A stretch of 64,000 nt of DNA from a virus: IMG/VR virus record IMGVR_UViG_3300031576_000004, positions 1-64,000 of that record; one strand, given 5' to 3'. This document shows positions 18,684 through 28,334 of the stretch, one piece after another. Every line of letters starts with the position of its first letter. Position 1 is the first letter of the stretch. Made by a program: the position numbers and the translations under genes. Below the pieces are notes generated by a model. It was not told the origin of the DNA and ran no database searches. It saw nothing but the letters and a program-made list of their open reading frames with translations.

Positions 18684-19057
18684 TACTTCGTATCCAATCT
18701 AGCTATCAATTCGTCCTTAACCCTCTCGTTTATCCTGCCGGTCTGAATAAGTTTTCTCGCTAGATCAATCTGACGATCTCTCCTGCCTTTCAATAGCGTG
18801 CCAATTCCGACTCCAAAAGCAGCTGATGCTGTAATGCTTGGGATTATAGCCGCAAGCCACTTATGGCTAAATGCGCCGGTAATGCTTCCTGGGATCATCC
18901 CAATAGCCGCACCAACGCCAGCCCCAGCTCCTATTGAAGCAGGATATGACCATTTTTCCTGCGCTGCTATTTCTCGGACCTTGGCTTCGTTCCTGACATA
19001 GTCTTCAGGATCTTCCCCAAAGAAACCAAGAAAGGCGAGCTTCTCAATCATGCTCAT
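18683..19057 (-). CDS. Putative internal virion protein, glycine zipper
   Basis: MIEKLA N-terminus, GAGAGVGAAIG. Confidence 0.65.
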   Translation of the reverse strand: MSMIEKLAFLGFFGEDPEDYVRNEAKVREIAAQEKWSYPASIGAGAGVGAAIGMIPGSITGAFSHKWLAAIIPSITASAAFGVGIGTLLKGRRDRQIDLARKLIQTGRINERVKDELIARLDTK

Positions 19058-19515
19058 CCTGCAACCCCATCCTCTATTTCTATCAAGCCTTCCGTAAAGG
19101 CAGCAGAAATGTGCCCGCGCTGTTCTGGAGTTAGGTTCATGGGCTCAAGCGTGCCTTGAAACCTTTTAAATGATGCCATCCTTTTCGCCTGCTCTGCAGC
19201 TTTAGCCGCGCCAGCCTCATGGGCCATAAAGCCAATTGCGACTCCAGCAGATGGAATTGCTCCAATAAGCCCTCGTGTCCCGAGGTTTTTAATCCTTGCC
19301 TTCATTGCCAATTCGGCAAAGGCAAGGCTAGGAATGAATTTAGTAATCCCAACGCGAGCAGCCTCAAGCGGGCGATACTTATACAGCGAGGCACCAATCT
19401 TCCTACTAAGCGGGTGATGTGTAACGCTGTGGGTTAATCCAAGAACCTCTCCCTCCCCAGAAAGGGTATTCCACTTCTGCATGGCCATCTGAGTTCCTAA
19501 CCACCCGCCAATCAT
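19054..19515 (-). CDS. Putative virion protein
   Basis: Coupled ORF; AFTEGL motif variant. Confidence 0.6.
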   Translation of the reverse strand: MIGGWLGTQMAMQKWNTLSGEGEVLGLTHSVTHHPLSRKIGASLYKYRPLEAARVGITKFIPSLAFAELAMKARIKNLGTRGLIGAIPSAGVAIGFMAHEAGAAKAAEQAKRMASFKRFQGTLEPMNLTPEQRGHISAAFTEGLIEIEDGVAG

Positions 19516-20300
19516 TAAAGCAATGCCTCATCTGGGATTGGGAGTTCCCACTCTATATCTGACCTGTTAACTTTTGTAAATAAAAGCGTCTGATGAACAA
19601 CGACGCGCCGCTTCTCTGTCTTTTGGACCTGGACTACGCGCCAGCGACTCATATTGTCTTCAACAACAATATCGGCTGGGCTAATTAAAGGGACGTTACT
19701 CATCCAGCCAGCTGTCTGGTTTGGCTGCATTTCGAATTGGGCGTGCCTAACGGTATCTGAGGAAGGATTAATATTCATTCGAGTTCTTACTGGCGTAAAG
19801 TAACCCCCAACGTAGCCAGTATTAAAACATATTCTGCACTCAGATGAAACCTTCCTCTGCTTGATGTAGTCCCAGCACCCAGTGCAGTGCTGGCCGTATG
19901 TCTTCCTAATAAAGACATATACGTCTCTCCCTACAAAGTCGTCGCTGTTTAGGATGATCTCGTTACGCCGGATAATCTCTTCTGCGATCCGGTCTGGCTC
20001 CTGGACCTCATTTACAAATGGAGCTGTCTCAGCGAAATTGGCTGGGATAGCAATCTCTGTGACGCGGATCTTATAGTAGTATTTCCGCCACTCGCTAATT
20101 AGATCTACAGAGGCGTCCTTGAATGAGAAGTCATTGATAATGTCGTCGCCGACAATTACCCAAGGACCATCTGTAGAACTGCTTCTATAGATAGTGAACT
20201 TGAAGCTTGAGATCGTATCGTTAGTTGGCTTTATTGTCCAATTTACGATTATGAAGTCCCTTGAGAACCCTGTGATATATGTCCTATCAAAGATAAGCAT
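19515..20300 (-). CDS. Putative neck/head-closure protein, Ig-like N-terminus plus zinc finger
   Basis: FN3-like FTIYRS...GPW...YYYKI; CTGCWD...CRICFNTGYVGGY. Confidence 0.65.
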   Translation of the reverse strand: MLIFDRTYITGFSRDFIIVNWTIKPTNDTISSFKFTIYRSSSTDGPWVIVGDDIINDFSFKDASVDLISEWRKYYYKIRVTEIAIPANFAETAPFVNEVQEPDRIAEEIIRRNEIILNSDDFVGRDVYVFIRKTYGQHCTGCWDYIKQRKVSSECRICFNTGYVGGYFTPVRTRMNINPSSDTVRHAQFEMQPNQTAGWMSNVPLISPADIVVEDNMSRWRVVQVQKTEKRRVVVHQTLLFTKVNRSDIEWELPIPDEALL

Positions 20301-20308
20301 ATTGCTCT

Positions 20309-20770
20309 CTAGATAGGATTATCGTCGAGGCGTGTCTCAAAGTACTCTGAATGGATACCACCGAATGCCTGTTCAGCATTCAGAGTCTTCTTTAATTGAG
20401 TCTTCTTTGACTCATAGTCCACGACTAGGCGCTCAAGCCAGGCCATGTATTCCTGAGCCTTATCAGACACCTGGACTGTAATCCCACCATCAGAATAGTT
20501 AAGCCTATTCCTAGACTGGAGGATCCCAGCCGACGTCAGCGCCTCAATTACGGCCCCACGGACTAATAGCCGCTTGCTTGGGATAGAGTCGAATGTGAAC
20601 TTCCCAAGCAAGGGAGGGGTGAAATTGAAGTCATCTAGGGCATCCTCCAGATGCACCCTGAGCTGGGTGTCATTGGTCTCGTTGCCCTTGATAAGCTTGT
20701 TAAGGATCTGATGATCCCTAAGAAACATGCGCACCCGCTCGACCAGGAGATCTTCGGTTGTTGCGGGCAT
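20309..20770 (-). CDS. Putative head-tail adaptor
   Basis: VRMFLRD...DFNFTPP...NYSDGGITV; position after MCP. Confidence 0.65.
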   Translation of the reverse strand: MPATTEDLLVERVRMFLRDHQILNKLIKGNETNDTQLRVHLEDALDDFNFTPPLLGKFTFDSIPSKRLLVRGAVIEALTSAGILQSRNRLNYSDGGITVQVSDKAQEYMAWLERLVVDYESKKTQLKKTLNAEQAFGGIHSEYFETRLDDNPI

Positions 20771-20774
20771 TTAG

Positions 20775-21329
20775 TTATCCTTGCTGTTTCTGGAGAATCC
20801 CCTCTATTAGGATGTTGCGCTCGCGTGACTTCTGAACGCCATACTTAGTTGCGATGTCCCTAATCTCAGACATCTTCATGCCCTCGAGTTGCCCCTTATT
20901 GTAAAAGAGCGGATCTCCAGGGGCTTCTTCTGGCGGCTTAGGAGACGCGGTTTCCTCTTTAGAGGCTTCAGGAGAAGCGGCTTCCTCTTGTTGTAGCGGA
21001 GGGAGGATTGACTGGCTAGCAAAAGGAGGCTGCTCTTCCTTCGGAGTTGTAATAGTAATCATTGGCTCTTCAACGCCAACGGATTCAACCTCTACTGACG
21101 GCTCAGGAATGTTATCGGCAAGCTGGATTACCCTGCCACCTATATCCTTAACCGCAGGAGCTGGCCGAGCATCTGCAGGCTCAATAGTAATGAGCCCACG
21201 CTGCTGTAGTCTTTGCTCACCTTCCTTAATCTTCAGAGAGTCAATAGTACTTGCTTGCCCAGGCCTAAGAAAGAATGATGGCGAGCCGACTGCTGTTCTG
21301 GAAATGTTGGTTACTTTGACTAGTGACAT
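20775..21329 (-). CDS. Capsid-associated protein with C-terminal Rho-N/HeH-like helical motif
   Basis: LEGMKMSEIRDIATKYGV...LIEGIL; directly after MCP. Confidence 0.6.
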   Translation of the reverse strand: MSLVKVTNISRTAVGSPSFFLRPGQASTIDSLKIKEGEQRLQQRGLITIEPADARPAPAVKDIGGRVIQLADNIPEPSVEVESVGVEEPMITITTPKEEQPPFASQSILPPLQQEEAASPEASKEETASPKPPEEAPGDPLFYNKGQLEGMKMSEIRDIATKYGVQKSRERNILIEGILQKQQG

Positions 21330-21387
21330 TTTTCACCGCTGGTATAGCCGATCTTGACTCACTCTCTGTAAATAGTTAATCGTCACA

Positions 21388-21415
21388 GGGGAGGAGGGCT
21401 TTCGCCCCCCTCCCC
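21388..21415 (-). terminator. Hairpin after major capsid gene
   Basis: GGGGAGGAGGGC-TTTC-GCCCCCCTCCCC. Confidence 0.6.
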
Positions 21416-21430
21416 ATGACTAGATCGAAA

Positions 21431-22345
21431 CTACGAGAGCTCGATCTTCGCAGCGGCCTTCACGTTACCGATACCAAGCGCAATATCTTCCCAAGACTGC
21501 CACTCAATCAGGTTGGCGCGCTTGTTGATCCAGAACTTTGTCTGGTTCAGGATGAAGAAATTGCCGAGGAACTGGGGGGCGGCGAAAGCATAGATGGTAC
21601 CCTGTGGCACAACACCGGCCTTGATCGAGGTGATGAGCTTGTAACCCATCAAGGTGTTGTACTTGTATCCATCTACCGTGATCTCAGACGCGATGCGCGA
21701 ACCAACGTCGGTAGCCTCGAAGGCCAGAACGTCGTTGAAGTCAGTCTGGTGCATCAGGATGCAGTCAGGCTTGAGCTCGTCATCGGTCAGAAGCTTGAAG
21801 AGCTGGCTGAGGGCGTTACGGGTCACGCGTGTATCGGTAACAGTCAAGCTGTTGCCGGACAGAGCGATTGCCGCCTCAACGTGAGCGAGGAAGGTTACGT
21901 CCTCTTCACGCTGGATATCCTTAACCGAGTTCTCTTCGATGATCTTGGTGATCGGAGCCTCATAGGACAGAAGCTCTTGCTCTGTCTTGTTGAAACGCTC
22001 CGAAGACACTGTGTGGAAGTTCAGTGTGTAGCGCGGGCCGGTCACATAGCGACCGTCCGGCTCACCACGCCAGCTGATCGGCATAGCCCTGGACTCAGGT
22101 TCCATGTCGACGATCTTCACGAGCCCGTCGTGGGACTCGGAACGCTGACAGTCATTCTTCGTCACCATTACTGGCGGAAGAATCTTACGCGTGAAAGAAA
22201 GCTCACGTAGGCGCTGACGCACGAATGCGCCTCCCGCTTCCGCCAGCTTAACCAGCTCCTCGGGGTCGTTCAACGCCTGCCCGAAGAGGCTGTTGATCGT
22301 CGAGGCGTTAGCCCCGAAACGGTCAGTGCCACTCTCGTTAGCCAT
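21431..22345 (-). CDS. Major capsid protein, HK97 fold, encapsulin-like
   Basis: RLRELSFTRKILPP, KDIQREEDVTF, final WEDIALGIGN strand; AAGGAG RBS, downstream hairpin. Confidence 0.85.
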   Translation of the reverse strand: MANESGTDRFGANASTINSLFGQALNDPEELVKLAEAGGAFVRQRLRELSFTRKILPPVMVTKNDCQRSESHDGLVKIVDMEPESRAMPISWRGEPDGRYVTGPRYTLNFHTVSSERFNKTEQELLSYEAPITKIIEENSVKDIQREEDVTFLAHVEAAIALSGNSLTVTDTRVTRNALSQLFKLLTDDELKPDCILMHQTDFNDVLAFEATDVGSRIASEITVDGYKYNTLMGYKLITSIKAGVVPQGTIYAFAAPQFLGNFFILNQTKFWINKRANLIEWQSWEDIALGIGNVKAAAKIELS

Positions 22346-22385
22346 TGATAATTCTCCTTTCCTATCCTAGGTCAAAACTCAAAAA

Positions 22386-22856
22386 CTAGGGCTTGCGGTA
22401 AGGGGAAACTGCGCGAACGTGGAGACGGCCGGTTGGGTCGACAGGGAGCTCGACGAATCCGACAACAACCTCGCCGGACGCAGCTGCAATCAGCTTGCCG
22501 GTCTTAGCGGTAAGCTCTGTGAACTGAGCTGGGGTTCCGGTTACGCCGACAGATGCCTTAACAGCGAAGCGATACATTCCCTCAAGACCAACCACACCAC
22601 CGGTTCCGATGATGGAGCCAGTTACGCCGCCGAAGTTGTCGTTCTGGACGTCAGAAACCGAGGGATTGGTGGAGTCCTCGAAGTTGAGGAACATCATTCC
22701 GTTCGGGGTAGCGCCAGTAAGAACAGCCTTACCCGTCGCATCAATGGTGAACCACTCACCTTCTTTGATGGTCGAGCCGACAGCCAGTGGATACCGAACC
22801 CTGGTCAGAGACTCAAGATTCGGCTTCTTCAGTTCTACATTCCTAAGTGTACCCAT
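22386..22856 (-). CDS. Putative capsid decoration/cement protein
   Basis: Small beta-rich Gly-rich gene directly upstream of MCP. Confidence 0.65.
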   Translation of the reverse strand: MGTLRNVELKKPNLESLTRVRYPLAVGSTIKEGEWFTIDATGKAVLTGATPNGMMFLNFEDSTNPSVSDVQNDNFGGVTGSIIGTGGVVGLEGMYRFAVKASVGVTGTPAQFTELTAKTGKLIAAASGEVVVGFVELPVDPTGRLHVRAVSPYRKP

Positions 22857-22902
22857 TTCTTTAAAACCTCCTTTTTATTTAGTAACCTAGCCTAAAAGTG
22901 AA

Positions 22903-23739
22903 CTATCCCACCATTCCCATGAGATAGTCAGTCAAAGGATCTGCAGTATGCGTCTCCACGGACCTTTCAGACAGATGGCCGAGGTCTGATGCCTTTGCCG
23001 CCTTCGTGAAGGCCATGGCTTCTTTTGTGATCTGCAAGTCCCCTCGGAGCAACTCCTCTATCTTGATAGACAGATCGGTTGGATCCAATTCGCCATCCTG
23101 GATCATCTGGACAGCGAGTTTAGTCGCTTGAGCTTCCTTGGTCAAAGATTCAACCTGAGACTTAAGCGATTTATTATCGCTCTCCAATGACCGGATTGCG
23201 CTGGCCGTCTTCCTCAAAAGATCAGGATTAATCATCCGTCCTCCTGTCTTGACCCCTGGCTGTTTGCTTGGACCCAGCTTTGAGCTGATGTACATAGCTC
23301 CCGCCAAAGGCATCACAATCGGTTGAGCCTTCGCAATCGGTGCCGTTGCTCTGAAGGTTTCGTGCTTCAGAACCTCTTGACCACCAAGCCCGCGCAATAG
23401 GCCTGGTTTTATATCCATCCCCTTGAACTCCTCTGTATGTCGGAATAGTTTTCCGACGAGAGGAATCTTGCCTAATTGCTGTCCGGCAGCAACGTCGGCC
23501 TTTATCAGGGGACTCCCGTAATGATCCCAAATGGCATTCTCCATCTGAGTTCGCCGGCTCGGATGGATAGCTCCAACTCGGGATAATACTGAAACAATCG
23601 GCTTTACCAAAACGTCGTGTATCGATGATCCAGTTCCTTCCGCTTGAAATTTTTGTTTGCGAAGATTCCATATCTGTTCTTCTAACTTCTTCTCTCCACG
23701 GGCTTTCAGAAATCTTCCTAGTAAGGCCGTCTTGTTCAT
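22903..23739 (-). CDS. Putative scaffold/internal head protein
   Basis: RKTAS coiled coil, TKEA repeats, C-terminal DPLTDYL. Confidence 0.6.
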   Translation of the reverse strand: MNKTALLGRFLKARGEKKLEEQIWNLRKQKFQAEGTGSSIHDVLVKPIVSVLSRVGAIHPSRRTQMENAIWDHYGSPLIKADVAAGQQLGKIPLVGKLFRHTEEFKGMDIKPGLLRGLGGQEVLKHETFRATAPIAKAQPIVMPLAGAMYISSKLGPSKQPGVKTGGRMINPDLLRKTASAIRSLESDNKSLKSQVESLTKEAQATKLAVQMIQDGELDPTDLSIKIEELLRGDLQITKEAMAFTKAAKASDLGHLSERSVETHTADPLTDYLMGMVG

Positions 23740-23776
23740 ATATTATCCGACTTATCACATTATGTCTAGATTATTA

Positions 23777-24838
23777 TTATTCTTTTAGCTTAGATCCTAC
23801 ATACCCAGAGCCAATGCCGGCCGCGCCAGCCCCAACAGCAGAGACTGTGCCGCGATGCCTCTCTAGAAAGCGAGCCCAATTGCCCTTCGTTGCTGGTGTA
23901 GATTTGTCTACTCCAGGCGTTCCAATTACCTTTTCTATACGACCAGGAAAACTCTTGCGATATGTCTTCATGGCAATTGTTTCGCGTCGCTTTCCAGCAG
24001 CCGCCGTAGCCCGTTCAGATCTAACTCTATGAGTTACCTTGGCCCTAAACTGGGCAACATCTTTGGCCTTAGCCGCTGCCGAAGCCGCCTCAGACTTTGA
24101 AGGAATTCCCTTTAGACCGCTAACGAACTCGCCAGGAGTAGACTTGAGCCCTGCTCCAACACTTTTCCCAACGCTCTTAAATGAGGATCCAATGGCCCTA
24201 ACGGTCTTCCCTGCAGCCCTAGCAACTCCTGAAGTCTTGATAAATCTCTGGGCAAGAGACGCATTTTTCTCATTCTTATCCTTCTTGCGTCCAAGAAGCA
24301 TCCCAGCGCCAAGTCCAGCAGCTCCAATGGCAAGAGGAACCTTATGCTTGCTTATAAATCCAGGCTCTTCTGCTGCAACGGCAGGCGTCTTTGGTGTGAC
24401 TAGGCCAGCATGCCCAGTGCCCTTTGCTCGAGTAATAATGCGTGCCTCGCGCTCTGAAGCCTTCATGGCCTTAATAGATTCCTTAATCGCGGCTGGGCGG
24501 CTCTGGAGCCATCCTCTTGCTGTTCCAACGGCCTTGCCAATGCCAGCAAGCCCACCATTCTTCTCAAGCATTTCAAGAGAGTCAATAATAACAGCGACTT
24601 TAGCCAGCTTCATTATCTGGTCATGCCGATGATCTGATGCTTTCTTTTCAAAAGCAGCTGTCTCTCTAGCGCTAGATGTTGCCTCAACCTCAAGGCTAGA
24701 AGCCAACTTCTCTAGCTCAGATGCTACATCAGAAGCGCTCTCTGTTGACCTAGTGGCCGAAATAGACGCAACTTTCGTCATGGGACGATTCTTTGCGTCT
24801 GCAAGAGCGGCTTCTACAATGCGATCAATTTCATTCAT
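23777..24838 (-). CDS. Putative internal head protein (K-x-A motifs, basic Gly/Ala-rich)
   Basis: TKVAS, EKLAS, EKKAS, EKNAS. Confidence 0.7.
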   Translation of the reverse strand: MNEIDRIVEAALADAKNRPMTKVASISATRSTESASDVASELEKLASSLEVEATSSARETAAFEKKASDHRHDQIMKLAKVAVIIDSLEMLEKNGGLAGIGKAVGTARGWLQSRPAAIKESIKAMKASEREARIITRAKGTGHAGLVTPKTPAVAAEEPGFISKHKVPLAIGAAGLGAGMLLGRKKDKNEKNASLAQRFIKTSGVARAAGKTVRAIGSSFKSVGKSVGAGLKSTPGEFVSGLKGIPSKSEAASAAAKAKDVAQFRAKVTHRVRSERATAAAGKRRETIAMKTYRKSFPGRIEKVIGTPGVDKSTPATKGNWARFLERHRGTVSAVGAGAAGIGSGYVGSKLKE

Positions 24839-25257
24839 GGCTGTGTCCTTTTAATAGAAGGCTTCTTGGTCGCATATGTAACGATGCTCTTTAACTTCCT
24901 ATTCTGATCAGAAAGAGCTAGATTCGAAGTGGATAGCTGCCTTAACGCCTGGTGCTGATCTTGCATTACCTGACGGCTTCTTTCAATGGCTGGCTCATAG
25001 CCCTTCTGGGTCATTGTTCTAGCCGCAAGGAACGCCGCTGGGATCGCCGCGAAAGCAATGTTCCTGTGCAGTTTTGACTGAGCCAACTCTTTAATCTGTT
25101 TTTCCACAAGATCCTTATGAAGAAAGTGCCTGCCTAGAGACGCTCCTCCTAATGCTGAGGCTCCACCTATAGCAACAGGAATAGCGGCCTTTGCTGCCAT
25201 CGCTTTTGCAAAGGCTGCTATCGCTGCGAGCGTCATTGGTTCTGCTATCTTCCTCAC
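24835..25257 (-). CDS. Putative internal head protein
   Basis: RKIAE N-terminus, hydrophobic Ala/Gly helices. Confidence 0.65.
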   Translation of the reverse strand: MRKIAEPMTLAAIAAFAKAMAAKAAIPVAIGGASALGGASLGRHFLHKDLVEKQIKELAQSKLHRNIAFAAIPAAFLAARTMTQKGYEPAIERSRQVMQDQHQALRQLSTSNLALSDQNRKLKSIVTYATKKPSIKRTQP

Positions 25258-25280
25258 TTATTCATATTCCTCAGGGCCTG

Positions 25281-25310
25281 GGCTGGGAGGGTTTTTAGGC
25301 CCTCCCAGCT
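25281..25310 (-). terminator. Intergenic hairpin
   Basis: GCTGGGAGGG...CCCTCCCAGC. Confidence 0.5.
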
Positions 25311-25333
25311 TGTCAGGCTATGTAAATATGTAG

Positions 25334-25897
25334 TTAATCCTTCTTCCGACGTCCGGCCATGTAACCAGCCAGCCCGCCAGCGGCAGCTCCGGCAGCGCCG
25401 GCAACTCCCTTACCCTTGTGCTTCTTAGCGAACGCCATAGCTGTGGCACCCTTCTTGGAAGCCTTGCGCTTCATCTTGGACATCCAGGCGGAGACGGCTC
25501 CGGCCTTGCCCTTGCCCTTAGCAGCGTCCTTCTCCATATCAATGCTGGAGAGCTCCGAATCGAAAGCGCGGGCCATGATGCGGCCAGCGGCCTCCCACTC
25601 CGTAGCGGCTTCCTCAGAGGCTTCCTTCTTAACTTCACCAGCCTCGTTGGTCTCCTCGGTCTCGTCAGCATCCGTCTCATCAACAAGCTCAGCCGCAGCG
25701 GCTAGCTTGTCTGCACCTGTTGCGTACTCCAGGCCCTCGGCCTCAAGAGCATCAACGGCGTGGCCCAGCTTCTCGCATTCCTCTTCCGAAAGATCGGAGA
25801 GGATCGACTCGATCTGCTTGGCCTCGGCGGTCTTTTCCTGCTCGGAAGCAGGAGCAGCCTCGCCAAAGGTCTGCTTGTAGTAATCAGCAAGACTCAT
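25334..25897 (-). CDS. Putative internal head protein, acidic N-half and basic C-terminus
   Basis: EKTAE, KKEAS, GRIMARAFDSEL, EKDAA; GGAGG RBS. Confidence 0.75.
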   Translation of the reverse strand: MSLADYYKQTFGEAAPASEQEKTAEAKQIESILSDLSEEECEKLGHAVDALEAEGLEYATGADKLAAAAELVDETDADETEETNEAGEVKKEASEEAATEWEAAGRIMARAFDSELSSIDMEKDAAKGKGKAGAVSAWMSKMKRKASKKGATAMAFAKKHKGKGVAGAAGAAAGGLAGYMAGRRKKD

Positions 25898-25929
25898 TTA
25901 TAGATCCTCCTTTTCTACTTTGTTCAAAA

Positions 25930-26466
25930 CTAGCCGTTGTGCGGGACTTCCGCAACCTGCTGACGGACGGGACGAGCGGCGTCGATGATCTTGCGAACCA
26001 TCTTCACAGCGTCTTCCTTCGCCGTTGGCGAGGCCGGAGTGTGCAGGGCCTCAACGCTGGACTTGATCTTGCTCAGAACGGTAGAACCATCCTGAGGGGT
26101 ACGAGCCAGAGCCTGCTGCGCGACAGGGTTTCCCCCACCGTTGGCGATTGTGCGAGATCCGATGTTGGATGTCTCGCTGTTCATGCTGCCAGTGAGCCCT
26201 ACCTCACCATCGGCAGCCAACTTTGACAGCTCGTCATGGAAACCACGAGCCATCAGACGCCCATAAGCCATCGCTTCGGCAGCCGTCTTTTCTGTCTCGG
26301 CATCCTCTGCGATCTTCTCGAGCTGATCCACCTCTTCTGAGCTTAGCTGAGCAGCAACCTTGGCAATAACGGCATCCTCGTCAGAGACGGGAGCGCTAGC
26401 AGCCGCGGTCTTTGTCTGCCCCTCTTCGCCCAGGAGGCTTGATAGAATATCCTCCATGGAAGGCAT
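25930..26466 (-). CDS. Putative scaffold/internal head protein
   Basis: TKTAA, EKTAA, GRLMARGFHDELSKLAA. Confidence 0.75.
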   Translation of the reverse strand: MPSMEDILSSLLGEEGQTKTAAASAPVSDEDAVIAKVAAQLSSEEVDQLEKIAEDAETEKTAAEAMAYGRLMARGFHDELSKLAADGEVGLTGSMNSETSNIGSRTIANGGGNPVAQQALARTPQDGSTVLSKIKSSVEALHTPASPTAKEDAVKMVRKIIDAARPVRQQVAEVPHNG

Positions 26467-28334
26467 TAGTTCTCCTCCTTCTTCGTTTGCTTAGCCTGTA
26501 AACCTCGATACGCCTTGTAGAGACCGTACCCTATTGCCATATCTATCGCCGTTCCAGGCAATGCGTGCGGCCCGAAGGGCCTGCCTGCGAGCGTGAATAT
26601 TCCGGCATCCGTAATTGCCTTTGGAACGCTGCTCAGCTTGACATTGGCCTTCTTGGCCAACATGCCAGGTAGTTTAGCCCCAAGATAAGCGCCACCGATT
26701 CCGGTAACGCCTGGATGATTAGCGACGAATCGCTGCCATCCCTTGAGCTTTTTCCCTTTAGCATGCTCTTGCTGGTAATGCGCCCCGACAACATACGGAA
26801 CCGCTAACCCACCGATTGCACCGGTTAGGGGATTCTTTAGCGGGTTTAGGCTGGCTTCTTTCGCTTCCGAGTTTTGAGTTTCCATCATGTGTTGCCCGAG
26901 TGTGATAGCTCCTGCGCCAGCACCTAGCGCCATTGCCATTAACTCAGGATGTTCGCCGATGGCTCTCTCAATGGTCTCTACTGGAAGCTTGCCAACATGC
27001 ATTCTGTACAACGCATAGAGTGCGGCAAGAATAGCCGCCCTCGGGACATTCTTGTTGAAGGGACTAGCGCCAAGAACGTTCGTGCTATTCGATGGTTCCG
27101 CAATTTCTGAGTCGAAACTCAGGGCTTTGGTATTCTTGTTCTTCAGAGTGGCGAGCTCCGAAGAAGACATACCAGAGTATTTGCGGGCACGCTTCATCAT
27201 GAACGGGCGGAGGCCGGACCTCTCATCCGCATGCTTACGCATGACCATCACAATAGGACCCCGAACTTTCTCAGGTCCAATCTTCATCCCGCCAAGATCA
27301 CTCATATCATCACCTCGGGACGTCTTGAGGATGACAATCTTCGTGAACTCACGGGGCTTCAACACCATGCCCATATGCGCCAAAGTACTCATTAGATCGG
27401 TAACTGGATAGGTGCTCACACGATCCAGATCGCATGAAGGATAGTCCTGTTCAAGAGCAGTCAAAGCTGGAAGTCCGGTCTGCATAAATGCCCTTGCAGT
27501 TTCGGGCTCCAGAGACTCCTTGTGGACCGTCCCTTCCACCTTTGCAGGAACTTCCTTGTCAATGTCTGCCGACTTCTCCTCGGACGATTGCTTCATTGAA
27601 GCAACCTTTGCGTGCCCAAAGATCTCAATCGGCTTCGTTTTGACATTGGAAGCGACCTGAACAGTGGCTACCTTCGCAAGCACCTTAGCCGTTTTATCGG
27701 CCCCGATCGTAACGTGACTTATGTCAAAAAATCTGGGGCGAGTGTTTATCGCATACACCTTCCTTCCGTCTGGGTAAACATGATTCATCATCTCCTTTAA
27801 ATGTGTGCAGTATTCAGATGTATTCTTTGCCCTGTTCTGACAGATAGAGCAAATATCGAAGGGCACCCTGGTTCCCATAGAGACGTCAGGATGCTCTCCG
27901 CGCTCGATTCTGGCGACAAGGTCAGAGGCTCTGTCCCTACTGATGAAATAGATCAGTTCAACGCGCTTCATCAGATCGTTCCATGTAGCCTTAAGAACAC
28001 GTTCACCAATGGACGCCTTAGGATCCTTGTTCTGGTGGTGCTGGTATGGGTAGGCGTACATTTCGAATGTCTTATAGCCGAACTCTGCGGTCTCATTCCT
28101 AAGTCCAGCCTCTATAAAGAAGTCTCCATTCGCGTTGGATCCCCAATACTCTCCAGCGCCAAGCCCGTTTACATGGACATAGATCCCATCATACCTAGGC
28201 TTGATGTGCCTAATAATCTCAAGCGTCTCCTCTGGAAATGCCGAGGCTGTTTTTTCAAACACGCTCGGATTCAGAAGCTCAATAGATGGGCTTCCGTCAT
28301 TCCATATTCCAGGGATCTGAATAAGCTTGAGCAT
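26466..28334 (-). CDS. Prohead maturation protease with long C-terminal extension
   Basis: HHQNKD (His) and DVSMGT (Ser) followed by CSIC...YCTHL; FFDISHVTIGADKTA. Confidence 0.8.
   Translation of the reverse strand: MLKLIQIPGIWNDGSPSIELLNPSVFEKTASAFPEETLEIIRHIKPRYDGIYVHVNGLGAGEYWGSNANGDFFIEAGLRNETAEFGYKTFEMYAYPYQHHQNKDPKASIGERVLKATWNDLMKRVELIYFISRDRASDLVARIERGEHPDVSMGTRVPFDICSICQNRAKNTSEYCTHLKEMMNHVYPDGRKVYAINTRPRFFDISHVTIGADKTAKVLAKVATVQVASNVKTKPIEIFGHAKVASMKQSSEEKSADIDKEVPAKVEGTVHKESLEPETARAFMQTGLPALTALEQDYPSCDLDRVSTYPVTDLMSTLAHMGMVLKPREFTKIVILKTSRGDDMSDLGGMKIGPEKVRGPIVMVMRKHADERSGLRPFMMKRARKYSGMSSSELATLKNKNTKALSFDSEIAEPSNSTNVLGASPFNKNVPRAAILAALYALYRMHVGKLPVETIERAIGEHPELMAMALGAGAGAITLGQHMMETQNSEAKEASLNPLKNPLTGAIGGLAVPYVVGAHYQQEHAKGKKLKGWQRFVANHPGVTGIGGAYLGAKLPGMLAKKANVKLSSVPKAITDAGIFTLAGRPFGPHALPGTAIDMAIGYGLYKAYRGLQAKQTKKEEN

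Noticed and set aside
21416-22210. Long + strand ORFs antisense to MCP and other virion genes (also 27801-28496, 24039-24632, 35288-35902)
   Set aside because: Shadow ORFs of well-supported - strand genes.
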